A stretch of DNA of 64,000 nucleotides, taken from NCBI GenBank assembly GCA_934168245.1, contig CAKPMY010000007.1:1834-65833 (forward strand), read 5' to 3'. A model generated the notes under the pieces. It searched no databases and was not told the DNA's origin. It saw nothing but the letters and a program-made list of their open reading frames with translations. The DNA comes from an uncultured Bacilli bacterium. Lineage in GTDB: Bacteria > Bacillota_I > Bacilli_A > RF39 > UBA660. Shown here one piece after another: positions 41,010 to 50,713 of the stretch; positions within the stretch are counted from its first letter, which is position 1, and every line of letters starts with the position of its first letter. The position numbers were made by a program, and so were the translations under genes.

Positions 41010-41699
41010 TTACTCACTACTTTCTTTAAAATTTTTATACCATTCATCTAGTCTATCTTTTGTTTTTTCATAGGTTTCTTTGGCTTTATCCTTGGCATTT
41101 GAAATAATAGGAGTAGTCTTTTCTACTACTTTATCTTTAGCTTTTTCGATTATTTCCATTTCTTTTTGATAAGTATCTTCGCCTACTCTTTCAATATAGG
41201 CGTTTTTGATAGTCTCTTTTAAGGATTTTGCCATTTCTTTTACTTTACTATAGGTTTTTGTAGAGGTATCTTTTATATCTTCTTTATAATTAGGAAAAAC
41301 ACTTTCTATTTTTTCATCTAGTTTTTCATATAGTTCAAGTATTTTCTCTTGTGCCTCAGTACTTAACTCTTTAAAAGTCTTTCCTTTGATTGTGCCATCG
41401 TAAAAAATAAAGTCAGTTAGAGTAATAAATGTTTTCTTTAAAGAGCACTTGGTTTTTTCAGATAAACTTTCCTCTTTTTCAAGAGATTCTACTTCATTTG
41501 TTACTTCAGTTATATACTCGACTACTTCAGCATCTGATACAGATTCATATTTAGTTACTTTTTCTGTTTCTAGAACAATTTCTTTGGTTACTTCTTTTTT
41601 AGAATTATGTTTTTCTTCACTTGTTGTTTGGTTAGTACAAGCAGTTACTAAAAACAGTAAACAAATAGTTAAAAGTATTACTTTTTTCATAATAAACAC
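41010..41699 (-). CDS. Lipoprotein with coiled-coil K/E-rich mature region
   Basis: Signal peptide plus lipobox LVTACTN. Confidence 0.6.
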   Translation of the reverse strand: MFIMKKVILLTICLLFLVTACTNQTTSEEKHNSKKEVTKEIVLETEKVTKYESVSDAEVVEYITEVTNEVESLEKEESLSEKTKCSLKKTFITLTDFIFYDGTIKGKTFKELSTEAQEKILELYEKLDEKIESVFPNYKEDIKDTSTKTYSKVKEMAKSLKETIKNAYIERVGEDTYQKEMEIIEKAKDKVVEKTTPIISNAKDKAKETYEKTKDRLDEWYKNFKESSE

Positions 41700-41806
41700 C
41701 CTCTATCAACTCGCTATCAAATTATAGCATATTTTGTTGGCCCTTTCAATGTCCTTCTATTAATATAATACGAAATATTTTGAAGTTTTCCGAAGATTTT
41801 TGAAAA

Positions 41807-41831
41807 AAGAAATCAAAATATATGATTTCTT
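41807..41831 (-). terminator. Weak AT-rich hairpin terminator after the glycosylation operon
   Basis: aagaaatc-N9-gatttctt followed on the minus strand by T/A-rich sequence. Confidence 0.3.
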
Positions 41832-41900
41832 TTATTATGCAGTTATTTGTTTATTTTTATGAAATATAGATTTCACTTTGTCTGCAATATGAAATTTTGT

Positions 41901-43391
41901 TTATTCCCATGGCTGATTTAGTAATTCATTATATATATTGTAGTTGGTTAATGCTTCTTTATTTTTTTGTTCTAAGCTGCCACTTCTTGGTGGGTGATTA
42001 ATGTGGTATACACAAGAAGATAGTACTGGTATTACATAACAGCCTTCCGACACCAACTTTGAGGAAAAATAGGCATCTTCCATTCCCCAACCTTTAAACT
42101 CTAGACTGAAAGGTATTGATGATTTTATTAAATTCTTGTTTAAAGTCATATTATGTCCTGTGACTACAGTTGAAATATTGTATATTCCCATTTGAGAGCC
42201 AAATCCCAATTCCTTGAAATAGTCTGTATCATCCAGAATTGAAAGTTCTTCATTAATGTATGATTTATCGCAGCCTATATGATAACTCTTTCCTTTTGTA
42301 ATAACTCTGCTATCATCAAAGTCTGTACAAGTATTTGTGCCTTTTATTAAATTATTTGTCTTTAAAATAGCAGAGTCTTTTTCAATATTTTTTCTCATAC
42401 AAATGAATATTGCGTTAGGTATCAATTGCAGCCTGATACTCATGTCATAAATATAATTTTTACTTAAAATAATATCAGAGTCCATAAAAAGTATATGTTC
42501 ATATTTAGAAATTGCATATCCCACGTTTCTAGCACTTGATAAACCTTGATTTTTTTCGAAGGAAATTATTTGCAACTCAAAATCTAATTTTTCTCTTACT
42601 TTATTAATATCTTCTATAACATTATTTTGGGAACCGTCATCTATGACAATAACCTGAAGTTTTCTTTTCTCCTCTTTACTTAGATTCTGCCCTTGTATAG
42701 ATAATAATGAATAACTCACATCTTGATTATATACTGGTATTATTATACTCATATTGGCTATTTTATATTTCTTTTTACTTACCGACTTTGTAGATAGTAA
42801 ATCATTAGCCGTTATATACTTGTAATAATATTCTAAATATGAATAGTTATTAGATATGTTAGAAATTCTCATTTTTAAAGAGGTACTTGCAGAACGAATA
42901 TCTAAACCTGTTTTTACTCCATAATTTTTTATTTTGGCATTTAGATTACCAATTTCATCAAATATGTATTCAGGTTTTGGGATTATATGAAACTTATGAT
43001 CATTAATATTTGAATAATGAGTAAGTTCAAATTCACTTTCTAATTTCAAAAATAATTCTTCATTTTCTGTTGATATTATTGTTCCATGGTAGGTGTCAAA
43101 CAATATAGAACAGTTTTTAAACTTTAATATTAATATATCGTTTATAAAATACTTTTGTTCGTTGTTTAAAACCTTGAAAAAATATTTTATGTTTTTGTTC
43201 TTTATGTAAATGGTTTTTAACCTATTGTTTTTTCTGTAACTAACTTTATTGTCTAAAATTTCCACTTGAAAGCTATCATCTTCAGCATATATATTTAATC
43301 TCCTGTGTATTTTAGGGAGAGACTCCTTCTCAATTAAATAGTTAATAATTTTTTTAGTTTTTACCTTATTACTTAATATTAGATATTTCAT
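41901..43391 (-). CDS. Family 2 glycosyltransferase with a ~200-aa N-terminal domain of unknown function
   Basis: IIIPVYNQ...VIVIDDGSQNN...MDSD...GWGMEDAYF GT-A/GT2 motifs. AAAGGA RBS. Confidence 0.75.
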   Translation of the reverse strand: MKYLILSNKVKTKKIINYLIEKESLPKIHRRLNIYAEDDSFQVEILDNKVSYRKNNRLKTIYIKNKNIKYFFKVLNNEQKYFINDILILKFKNCSILFDTYHGTIISTENEELFLKLESEFELTHYSNINDHKFHIIPKPEYIFDEIGNLNAKIKNYGVKTGLDIRSASTSLKMRISNISNNYSYLEYYYKYITANDLLSTKSVSKKKYKIANMSIIIPVYNQDVSYSLLSIQGQNLSKEEKRKLQVIVIDDGSQNNVIEDINKVREKLDFELQIISFEKNQGLSSARNVGYAISKYEHILFMDSDIILSKNYIYDMSIRLQLIPNAIFICMRKNIEKDSAILKTNNLIKGTNTCTDFDDSRVITKGKSYHIGCDKSYINEELSILDDTDYFKELGFGSQMGIYNISTVVTGHNMTLNKNLIKSSIPFSLEFKGWGMEDAYFSSKLVSEGCYVIPVLSSCVYHINHPPRSGSLEQKNKEALTNYNIYNELLNQPWE

Positions 43392-43405
43392 ATTTTTATC
43401 CTTTG

Positions 43406-44989
43406 CTAAAACTTAAAACTTATATTATCTATTGGAATCGAATACTTTTCATCATAAAACGAAAGTTTATTATCACTATTTTTAAATGTGTTGTTATAGA
43501 CTTTATATTCACGAGAATTATTCCAATGTCTTCCGTCATTTGCAAATATTTCATACTTTTTGGCATCGTCTGGTAAAAATTTATAGTGTAATAAATAAGA
43601 ACAAAATTTGGCCTTTTTATTTATATTCCATGGATAATAATAATGGTCATTTACAAAAGTTTCTTTACCGCTATAGAAAATAAGTGGTATTTTTTGTAAA
43701 CTTGGATTTATTCCAAAAATTCTAGCTCTTGGTCCTCCAAAAAAACGTTGTTTATATGGAACGTTGCTTGTCATTTTATAAGTTCCTTTATCAACATATT
43801 TAAAATCATCTATATTTCCCTCAAATATGTTTTTTGAAGAGTAGACATCAAGCATTAGACTTTTTATAAATGGTGTTTTATTTGATTTTAAATATTCTTC
43901 AAGTGATATATTCTTGTAATTTTCATATATAAATAGTTCATCGGAATCTACAGTTAAGTAGTACTTTCCCGGACCATAGAACTCAAAAATTTGCTGTTTC
44001 CAGCCACACATTTTATAGCAATTATACTTATCTGAAATCTTCCAAAAGGAAATGTTTACTCTGTTCTCATATGTTTTTAAAATCGATGTGGAATTATCTG
44101 TTGAGTTATTATCAACTAAGACAAAGTTTTTTATTCCGATATTAATATAGTGGTTGAGCCATTTTTCTACAAAATTCGAAAAATCATTGTAAAAACAAAC
44201 TAATATTATTTTTCCCGAAAAAGCAACGTTATTTATTTGAATAAGATTTTTGGTATTTAAACCATCGATGAAATTTGAAAAATAATCATCGGAGTACTCT
44301 ATATTATTGAATTCCTTCTTGAACATTTTTATTAACTTTTCTTTTAACACGTCACTTGCATCCAGTTTTTCGATTTCTTGGATTCTTTCTTTTTCTTTTT
44401 CATGCTTAATCTTGTTTAGCTTTTTTATGTGCTTAAAAAGAGGAGCAAAGTTAACATCAATGAATTCTTCAATCTTGCCAGTTTTTATATGCGGAGTCTT
44501 AATATTTAAAATCCTTTTCATGTAGGAAGTAATTGAACCGTGTGAAACTATCATTACTGTGTTATCTGCAAAATTATTTGTATAAATGTCGTTTAAAAAT
44601 TCACACAATCTAAACTCTATATCAAACTTATTTTCTCCATATTCACCAAACCTAACAAAATAATCTCCAGCTATTTGTTTTATCCTTGTTTGATCTAATT
44701 CATCATTATTCTTTTTTCCTGAATATTTCCCATGATTTATTTCATGTAATCTTTTTTCAATAATAACTTCTGTTTTTGGATACTTCTCATGAACATAATG
44801 TGCTGTCTGTACTGTTCTAGGAAATGGTGAAACGTATATTTTGGCAATTTCTTCTGGTAATGATTTTAGTGATTCCACTACGGTATTTATTCCTTTTTCT
44901 GTTAGAGTTGACCAATAAATTTCTCTATCTGAAATCAGTTCCTTTACATTGTCGGTTGCCTCTCCATGTCTCATAAAAATTATATTCAT
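43406..44989 (-). CDS. Fusion protein: N-terminal histidine-phosphatase (phosphoglycerate-mutase-like, RHG motif) domain plus C-terminal GT-A-fold glycosyltransferase domain
   Basis: MNIIFMRHGEATDN...IVSHG (His phosphatase), then VCFYNDFSNFVEKWLNHYINIGIKNFVLVDNNSTDNS...DSDE (glycosyltransferase). GGAGG RBS. ATGA overlap with GT4. Confidence 0.65.
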   Translation of the reverse strand: MNIIFMRHGEATDNVKELISDREIYWSTLTEKGINTVVESLKSLPEEIAKIYVSPFPRTVQTAHYVHEKYPKTEVIIEKRLHEINHGKYSGKKNNDELDQTRIKQIAGDYFVRFGEYGENKFDIEFRLCEFLNDIYTNNFADNTVMIVSHGSITSYMKRILNIKTPHIKTGKIEEFIDVNFAPLFKHIKKLNKIKHEKEKERIQEIEKLDASDVLKEKLIKMFKKEFNNIEYSDDYFSNFIDGLNTKNLIQINNVAFSGKIILVCFYNDFSNFVEKWLNHYINIGIKNFVLVDNNSTDNSTSILKTYENRVNISFWKISDKYNCYKMCGWKQQIFEFYGPGKYYLTVDSDELFIYENYKNISLEEYLKSNKTPFIKSLMLDVYSSKNIFEGNIDDFKYVDKGTYKMTSNVPYKQRFFGGPRARIFGINPSLQKIPLIFYSGKETFVNDHYYYPWNINKKAKFCSYLLHYKFLPDDAKKYEIFANDGRHWNNSREYKVYNNTFKNSDNKLSFYDEKYSIPIDNISFKF

Positions 44990-46080
44990 TTTAATTCCTC
45001 CACAATCTCATTAACTTTATTCTTCCAATTATAATACTTAATAACATATTCTCTATTTTTTTGTGAAATTTTGGTTCTATCACTTTCTATTGCCTTTTTT
45101 ATACCTTCAACAATAGAATCAACATTTGACTCTACTACAAATCCCCTACCGTTATCTAATAATTCCCTGTTTATCTGAGTGTTAGTCGCTACTATTGTTA
45201 GACCACAACTCATTGCCTCTAAGATTGTTCCTTGTAGTCCTTCACCATAGCCTGATGGAGATATAAATATATCTGCTTGTTGGTAGTAGTGTTCTGTATT
45301 TTGAACTCTTCCTGTAAATAAACATTTATTAGACATTGCTTCTAGTCGGTTTCTGTCGGGACCATCGCCTACGATTGTAAGTTTTATATTGTAGATATTT
45401 TGTAGTTTTTCATAGGCTTGTATTATTTTATCAATGTTTTTTCGCTCAATGAGACGTCCTACATATAAAAGATTTATTGTTTTTAATTTTGATTGTTTAT
45501 TTTGTGGAGAAAATCTATTGCAATCAACACCAGTAGATATGACTTTAACTTTATTTTTACAATATTTTTTCCATGATTCTTTTACTTCTTCAGAAATAGC
45601 AATAACGTTATCATATGCTGCTAAAAAACTTCCTTGAAAGTCGTTTTGCTCTCTTGGAATTCCACATAAATATAGTACATTTTTAGAAACATATTCTCTT
45701 GGTATGAATACAGCATCTAAATTATAATAAGAAAAAATGGTGTCATATTTTTCTTGGTGTTGAAAAATATATTCATATAATTTCTGATTATAGTAAATGG
45801 ATTCTATATTCCAACGACATCTGTCCTCACCGGGCTCTATTTCATATATGTAGTCAATTTTCTTATCTTGATTAATTTCTATGATGTGAATTTTATCAGA
45901 ATACTTTTGACAAAACTTTTCAAATTGTGGAGAAGGCTTTAATTTTATACTTGATGGTAAAATCGTAAAAAAATAAATGTCATGACCTAAATTATATAAA
46001 TTAATAGTGTGATCAAAAGAGATCATTTCAGCCCCACCAACAAAATAAGATGCTCTAGGTTGATTAATTATTATTTTCAT
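44986..46080 (-). CDS. Family 4 (GT-B) glycosyltransferase
   Basis: GYGEGLQGTILEAMSCGLTIVAT EX7E motif. AAAGGAGA RBS. Confidence 0.8.
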   Translation of the reverse strand: MKIIINQPRASYFVGGAEMISFDHTINLYNLGHDIYFFTILPSSIKLKPSPQFEKFCQKYSDKIHIIEINQDKKIDYIYEIEPGEDRCRWNIESIYYNQKLYEYIFQHQEKYDTIFSYYNLDAVFIPREYVSKNVLYLCGIPREQNDFQGSFLAAYDNVIAISEEVKESWKKYCKNKVKVISTGVDCNRFSPQNKQSKLKTINLLYVGRLIERKNIDKIIQAYEKLQNIYNIKLTIVGDGPDRNRLEAMSNKCLFTGRVQNTEHYYQQADIFISPSGYGEGLQGTILEAMSCGLTIVATNTQINRELLDNGRGFVVESNVDSIVEGIKKAIESDRTKISQKNREYVIKYYNWKNKVNEIVEELK

Positions 46081-46783
46081 AGTTTCTCCTTTGACTAATG
46101 TATTTTTTTGTTAAAACTTTGGCTTTTTCTAAGTCATCTATATGTAGTTGTTTGCTTTGACAATAAGGCATCCAAATGGTTTGGTACTTTTCTACATCGT
46201 CAAATGGTATATTGTTATTTATCATTTCAACTATTTTTTCTATTTCAAAAATTGCTCCTCGATGTGTTATGTTTATTGACTGTGCTGATTGTTCTAAATC
46301 TCCTATAATGTGTAACATTCCAGTGGCGATACGAGCTGACCATTGTGCATGATTTTCTCCAGGACTTAGAATTATTCCTCTATTTTTATTTTGACCAAAG
46401 CGATGTGTTAAGTCTCCTTGCATTCTACAACTTTCAAAATCATCCCAGCAACTTTGAAGGAAGTTGACTCTTTCTTGATGTTCCATATTAGAAAAATCAA
46501 AAGTTCCTTGAAATAATTCTGTCAATCCAATATCCATAATGCACTCACTCGGAATGCTGTTTTTTAAAAGATATTCGGCTAATATTTCGGCCGTTTCTTG
46601 GCCTCTTTTTTTGGTTGAATGTCTTATTATTACCTTACCATCGCCAATTTGAGGTAAAATTTCTTTACAAACATTTTTGGCGATTTCTATTCCTTTTAAT
46701 GTAAGTCCAGTATCATTTTTACCATCAATATAACTATGGTCATCATAGCTGTGCCTAACGACCAAAAAACTATTTTTTTCCAT
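46064..46783 (-). CDS. Histidine-phosphatase-family protein (PGAM-like); first gene of the glycosylation operon
   Basis: LVVRHSYDDHS...HRGAIF motifs. The track start at 46804 is TTG. The ATG at 46783 (MEKNSF) has an AAAGGTGA RBS. Confidence 0.55.
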   Translation of the reverse strand: MEKNSFLVVRHSYDDHSYIDGKNDTGLTLKGIEIAKNVCKEILPQIGDGKVIIRHSTKKRGQETAEILAEYLLKNSIPSECIMDIGLTELFQGTFDFSNMEHQERVNFLQSCWDDFESCRMQGDLTHRFGQNKNRGIILSPGENHAQWSARIATGMLHIIGDLEQSAQSINITHRGAIFEIEKIVEMINNNIPFDDVEKYQTIWMPYCQSKQLHIDDLEKAKVLTKKYISQRRNYENNN

Positions 46784-46878
46784 TATTTCACCTTTAAAAT
46801 ACAATTATGTAAATTGTACTGTATTTCCTATCTTATATATTTATTGATTAAGTATATTATCGTTATAATCTATTTATT

Positions 46879-46907
46879 ATGATAACAATTGTATTTTTAA
46901 TTGTCAA
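46879..46907 (-). promoter_or_regulatory. Putative sigma-A promoter for the glycosylation operon (TTGACA-17-TATCAT)
   Basis: Minus-strand TTGACA (plus tgtcaa at 46902-07), a 17-nt spacer, then TATCAT (46879-84), about 90 nt upstream of the ATG. Confidence 0.4.
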
Positions 46908-46930
46908 TTTTATAATTATCTCGTTTTAAA

Positions 46931-49117
46931 TTAATTAAGCTTTTTTAGTGTCTTTGGTGACTGTATCGCCTCTTTAAAAGGCTTAGTTATTTCCTTGTTA
47001 TATAATACGAGTTGTTCATGTAGGGCTCTTGTTGAAGCTACGTATAACAAATGCATATCTACATCATTATTGGCATCATATACGTTGTTCGAAGCATCAT
47101 TAACAATTGCACAATCAAATTCTAATCCTTTAGATGAGGCTACTGATAAAACAAATACACCAGTTGTATATTGTGTGTCTTTATTAGAAATGTACTTTGA
47201 TTCTACCTGAGCATTTTTTAATTCTTCTTGTACACGTTGTGCCTCATTTTCATCTTTGCAAATAACGGCTATCGTCTGATATCCGACGTCAAGCCATTCA
47301 TTGATTTTATCAACTTTTGCATTACTATTTTCAGAAACATCTTCATATCCAACCTCGGTTCCATGTCTTATAACTGGTTCTGCTTGATTAAGGCCTAAGG
47401 CAGTTAAAATATTGTTGGCTGTTTCAGTTATTTCCATAGTTGTACGATAGCTTTTACTTAGTTCTAATATTTTACATTCACCATCAAATACAATTTCATT
47501 AAGTTCATTCCAAGATTTGATGCCTCTATACGAATAAATAGATTGAGCTAGGTCTCCATAAATATTAAATTTAGCTTGCTCAAAAATTTTCCTTAACACA
47601 AAGAAAGTGAATATACTATAATCTTGAGCCTCATCTATTACTATATTGCTATAAGGTAAACGTTTATTTGCAAGTCTATAATTTAAGTACAATAGTGCCG
47701 GAATATCTTCAAAAAATATATGTTTCTTTTTTAAGGCTTTTAATGTATCTTTTTGTAATGTATTAACTTCATCTGGAGTTAAATCTGTTTTGGACTCGGT
47801 CAAACCAGCAATGAATGATACATATAAAGATAAACAAGATTTATTAATGCCTTTAAAATATTTATCTAAAGACTTTTCACCTTGCTCTTTTATGAATTTT
47901 CTTAAGGTTTCACTCTTATCTATATATTCTTTTCTTTTTGGATCGCCTTTTGGCAATGACATATAAACTTTTCTATATTCTTCATTAAGTGATTCATATA
48001 TTTCCTCCTTTTTTTCACGGAATAGTGCCTTATAATATTTATATGTGGAATTAAAATCAAAATGTCTTCCTCCCTCGCCAAGTAATCTTTGCCTTATCAT
48101 CTCTTTAGGAAAGACGACTTTACCATCTATTTTAAAATCATCTTCTACTAGGGCATTGCCTTCTAGACATTTTAGTATAAATTCATCTAGCAAATTATGA
48201 TATTTAAGGCTTCCTTTAAAGACACTTATATGTTTTTGCATTTCCTGCTTTGCACTATTTTGAGATAATGGTTGGTTTTCTAATATTAAATCCGTACCAA
48301 CATATTCATTCATTAATTCTATTAAAGTTTTTTGTTCTACTGGAGTTGTTTCAAGTTCGGGAAGCACTGAGGAAACATAGTTTAAAAAATAGTCATTTGG
48401 ACCTATAACTAAAAATTGATTTGGCCTAGTTTTTTCTCCCATTGTATATATCAAATATGCTATTCTATGTAAAGCTACAGATGTCTTTCCACTACCGGCC
48501 ACTCCTTGAACAATAACATCACTGTTTTCAGATCTAATAATGGCATTTTGTTCTTTTTGGATGGAAGCAATAATAGTCTTCATTCTACTATCAGCATTGA
48601 TATTTAAATATGGTAGTAGTAATTCATCATTGGTTACTAAGTTTGTATCCACCGCATTTAACAACTTTGCATTTTTTATTAATATTTGTCTTTTTAAAAG
48701 TAAGTCGCCAGTTTTAGTACCAGTTGGTGACATGTATGAAACTGGGCCTACTTCACTATCATAATACAATCCACAAATTGGACTTCTCCAATCATAAACA
48801 ACTAAAGAGTTTTCATGTGGTATGGCAGTTCTTCCAATGTATATTGGGATGGTCTTCTGTGTATTAGTACCTTGATAATCTATTCTACCAAAATATGGGC
48901 TTTGTTTAGCTCTTTCTAATCTAACCACTCTTTCGCCAATGTTGGCTAATTGTGAGTTTAAATTAAGATGTGTTCCTCTCAATCTGTCCTCAAATGATAG
49001 ACTAGTGGCTTCCTTTTTTACAAAACTTTCGTTGGCTAAATTCTTTTTTATCTCTGCTTCAATAACTTCTTCTACATATTCCAATTGCTCTGTTTCAACT
49101 TTTAAAATTTCATTCAT
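46931..49117 (-). CDS. HelD-like (helicase IV / UvrD-family) DNA helicase, paralogue 1
   Basis: Walker A QGVAGSGKTSVALHRIAYL nearly identical to the HelD motif. UvrD-like core. AAGGAAGG RBS. Confidence 0.8.
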   Translation of the reverse strand: MNEILKVETEQLEYVEEVIEAEIKKNLANESFVKKEATSLSFEDRLRGTHLNLNSQLANIGERVVRLERAKQSPYFGRIDYQGTNTQKTIPIYIGRTAIPHENSLVVYDWRSPICGLYYDSEVGPVSYMSPTGTKTGDLLLKRQILIKNAKLLNAVDTNLVTNDELLLPYLNINADSRMKTIIASIQKEQNAIIRSENSDVIVQGVAGSGKTSVALHRIAYLIYTMGEKTRPNQFLVIGPNDYFLNYVSSVLPELETTPVEQKTLIELMNEYVGTDLILENQPLSQNSAKQEMQKHISVFKGSLKYHNLLDEFILKCLEGNALVEDDFKIDGKVVFPKEMIRQRLLGEGGRHFDFNSTYKYYKALFREKKEEIYESLNEEYRKVYMSLPKGDPKRKEYIDKSETLRKFIKEQGEKSLDKYFKGINKSCLSLYVSFIAGLTESKTDLTPDEVNTLQKDTLKALKKKHIFFEDIPALLYLNYRLANKRLPYSNIVIDEAQDYSIFTFFVLRKIFEQAKFNIYGDLAQSIYSYRGIKSWNELNEIVFDGECKILELSKSYRTTMEITETANNILTALGLNQAEPVIRHGTEVGYEDVSENSNAKVDKINEWLDVGYQTIAVICKDENEAQRVQEELKNAQVESKYISNKDTQYTTGVFVLSVASSKGLEFDCAIVNDASNNVYDANNDVDMHLLYVASTRALHEQLVLYNKEITKPFKEAIQSPKTLKKLN

Positions 49118-49169
49118 TATAATCTACCTTCCTTAATTTCTTTAATATAATTTTTCATGAATATGATAA

Positions 49170-50429
49170 CTACTTTTTCATTTTTACTAATCTTGGATTT
49201 GGATACATAAATCTAGTCATTACTTGGTGTTCTGGATATCCAATTAATAATTTTATTGAATCATCACTAAAGTTTTTTGTTTTAAAGGCATCAGGTAAAA
49301 CTAATTTGTCCATCAGACCTTTTTTTACGAGTGAGACCTTAATATTTCTATAATTTATTTGTTCTTCACTGGCTCGAAAAAACATTATTGTTTCTAATCC
49401 TAGTTGTTCGGTTGGTTGTTTCAGATCTAAATCATATTCAAAAAGAACAAAATCAGACTTTTCTAACTGATGAAATAATTTTGATGTAACTAATGTTTCA
49501 TATCCATTTTCCAAAAAGAACCTTGGATTGATACTGGATAGTCTAATTTTTTTTCCACCGATGTAAATATATCTCTCATATGAATCATCTAACCATTTAT
49601 TCTCATGAACAATTACTGAAGCTAACTCCTGTTGTCTTTTCAAGTCTCTATTATTCTGCTTTAAATCTCTTAACTCTTCCATCCATATTGCTGTTTGGGC
49701 TTGTAATTTGGTTCTTACTTCATTTATACATTGCTCATTCTCTCTATTGCAAGGTTTAATGGTGTTTATTAAAATTTGTATCTTATCCTTGTCATATTTA
49801 TTTTCTAAATATTTGTAAGCTATTTTTAAAACAAGGGCTGCATAACCTTTTAAAATAGGAATTTCATGTACTACTTGGCATAATTCCAAAATTTCATCTA
49901 TTTTGGCTAAACTCAATCTATTTACTGAGTCTTCATATATAATTTTTCTAAATTGGTATAAATATTGTTCAATATCATTGTCAATAACAACACAATCCTC
50001 ATAAATTTTTTTTAATGTTATATTCTCAACACTTCCATATTTATATCCAACAAATGGGGTTGCATCTACTTGGTAAGTTTCGCCGGTCGAAGAATCCACC
50101 AAAGCAACAACATGAATTGTAGTTATATTATCAGGATCAAATATGCGTTTTCTCACTAATGCACACCTTTGGTTTTGGCCTATGTTTAGGTGTTTAGCAT
50201 ACTCAACAAAACAATGAGCAGCAGTATAGCAATTACCATTCATTTTTAGTATATCAGTATCAGGATTGGGAAAACCATTTGGATATACACTTTGTCTTAC
50301 AATATCACAAAGTACCTTTAGTTTCTTTTCGAATGAAAGATTATTAAAATTTATATCAAAATAACATTCACCAAAAACATTGTCGTTGGTAATAGGTTTT
50401 AGTTCCTCTAGTTCTGGTAAAAAATCCAT
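49170..50429 (-). CDS. Cytoplasmic protein with N-terminal transglutaminase-like (papain-fold Cys-His-Asp) domain and C-terminal coiled-coil
   Basis: GNCYTAAHCFVEYAKHLNI...RCALVRK (Cys motif), IHVVALVD (His), YQVDATP (Asp) in the order and spacing of Transglut_core. The ATG at 50429 (MDFLPELEEL) has a GGGGGAG RBS. Confidence 0.5.
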   Translation of the reverse strand: MDFLPELEELKPITNDNVFGECYFDINFNNLSFEKKLKVLCDIVRQSVYPNGFPNPDTDILKMNGNCYTAAHCFVEYAKHLNIGQNQRCALVRKRIFDPDNITTIHVVALVDSSTGETYQVDATPFVGYKYGSVENITLKKIYEDCVVIDNDIEQYLYQFRKIIYEDSVNRLSLAKIDEILELCQVVHEIPILKGYAALVLKIAYKYLENKYDKDKIQILINTIKPCNRENEQCINEVRTKLQAQTAIWMEELRDLKQNNRDLKRQQELASVIVHENKWLDDSYERYIYIGGKKIRLSSINPRFFLENGYETLVTSKLFHQLEKSDFVLFEYDLDLKQPTEQLGLETIMFFRASEEQINYRNIKVSLVKKGLMDKLVLPDAFKTKNFSDDSIKLLIGYPEHQVMTRFMYPNPRLVKMKK

Positions 50430-50686
50430 TTGTTTCTCCCCCATTAATTTCTTTATTTTTAAGTTAAATTCATATTTTTAGATTTATCAATTTTAATGAT
50501 AATCTGGGCATTATCTCTGAAAAATTGTATTTTATTATATCAATTTTTTATAATTAGTCAAGTTTTAATAAATCAGCTTTAACAATATATGTTTATCTTA
50601 TGATAGTGTCTTAAGTGTTATCTTGCGAAAATATCTCATTGTTATGTAATACTAAATATTTTTAAAGTTCTCAAAATTTTTTAAAA

Positions 50687-50711
50687 GAAAAAACTAGGAG
50701 TTTTCCTAGTT
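50687..50711 (-). terminator. Rho-independent terminator at the end of the acidic membrane-protein gene
   Basis: 9-bp stem aaactagga / tcctagttt with a 4-nt loop, T-run on the minus strand. Confidence 0.6.
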
Positions 50712-50713
50712 TA

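Noticed and set aside
41008-41047. Track start for the MiaB-family gene at 41047, which would overlap the upstream lipoprotein gene by 37 nt
   Set aside because: The family N-terminus conventionally begins just before the ILTLGCKVN motif, and the ATG at 41008 abuts the upstream stop codon. The longer form cannot be excluded without alignment.
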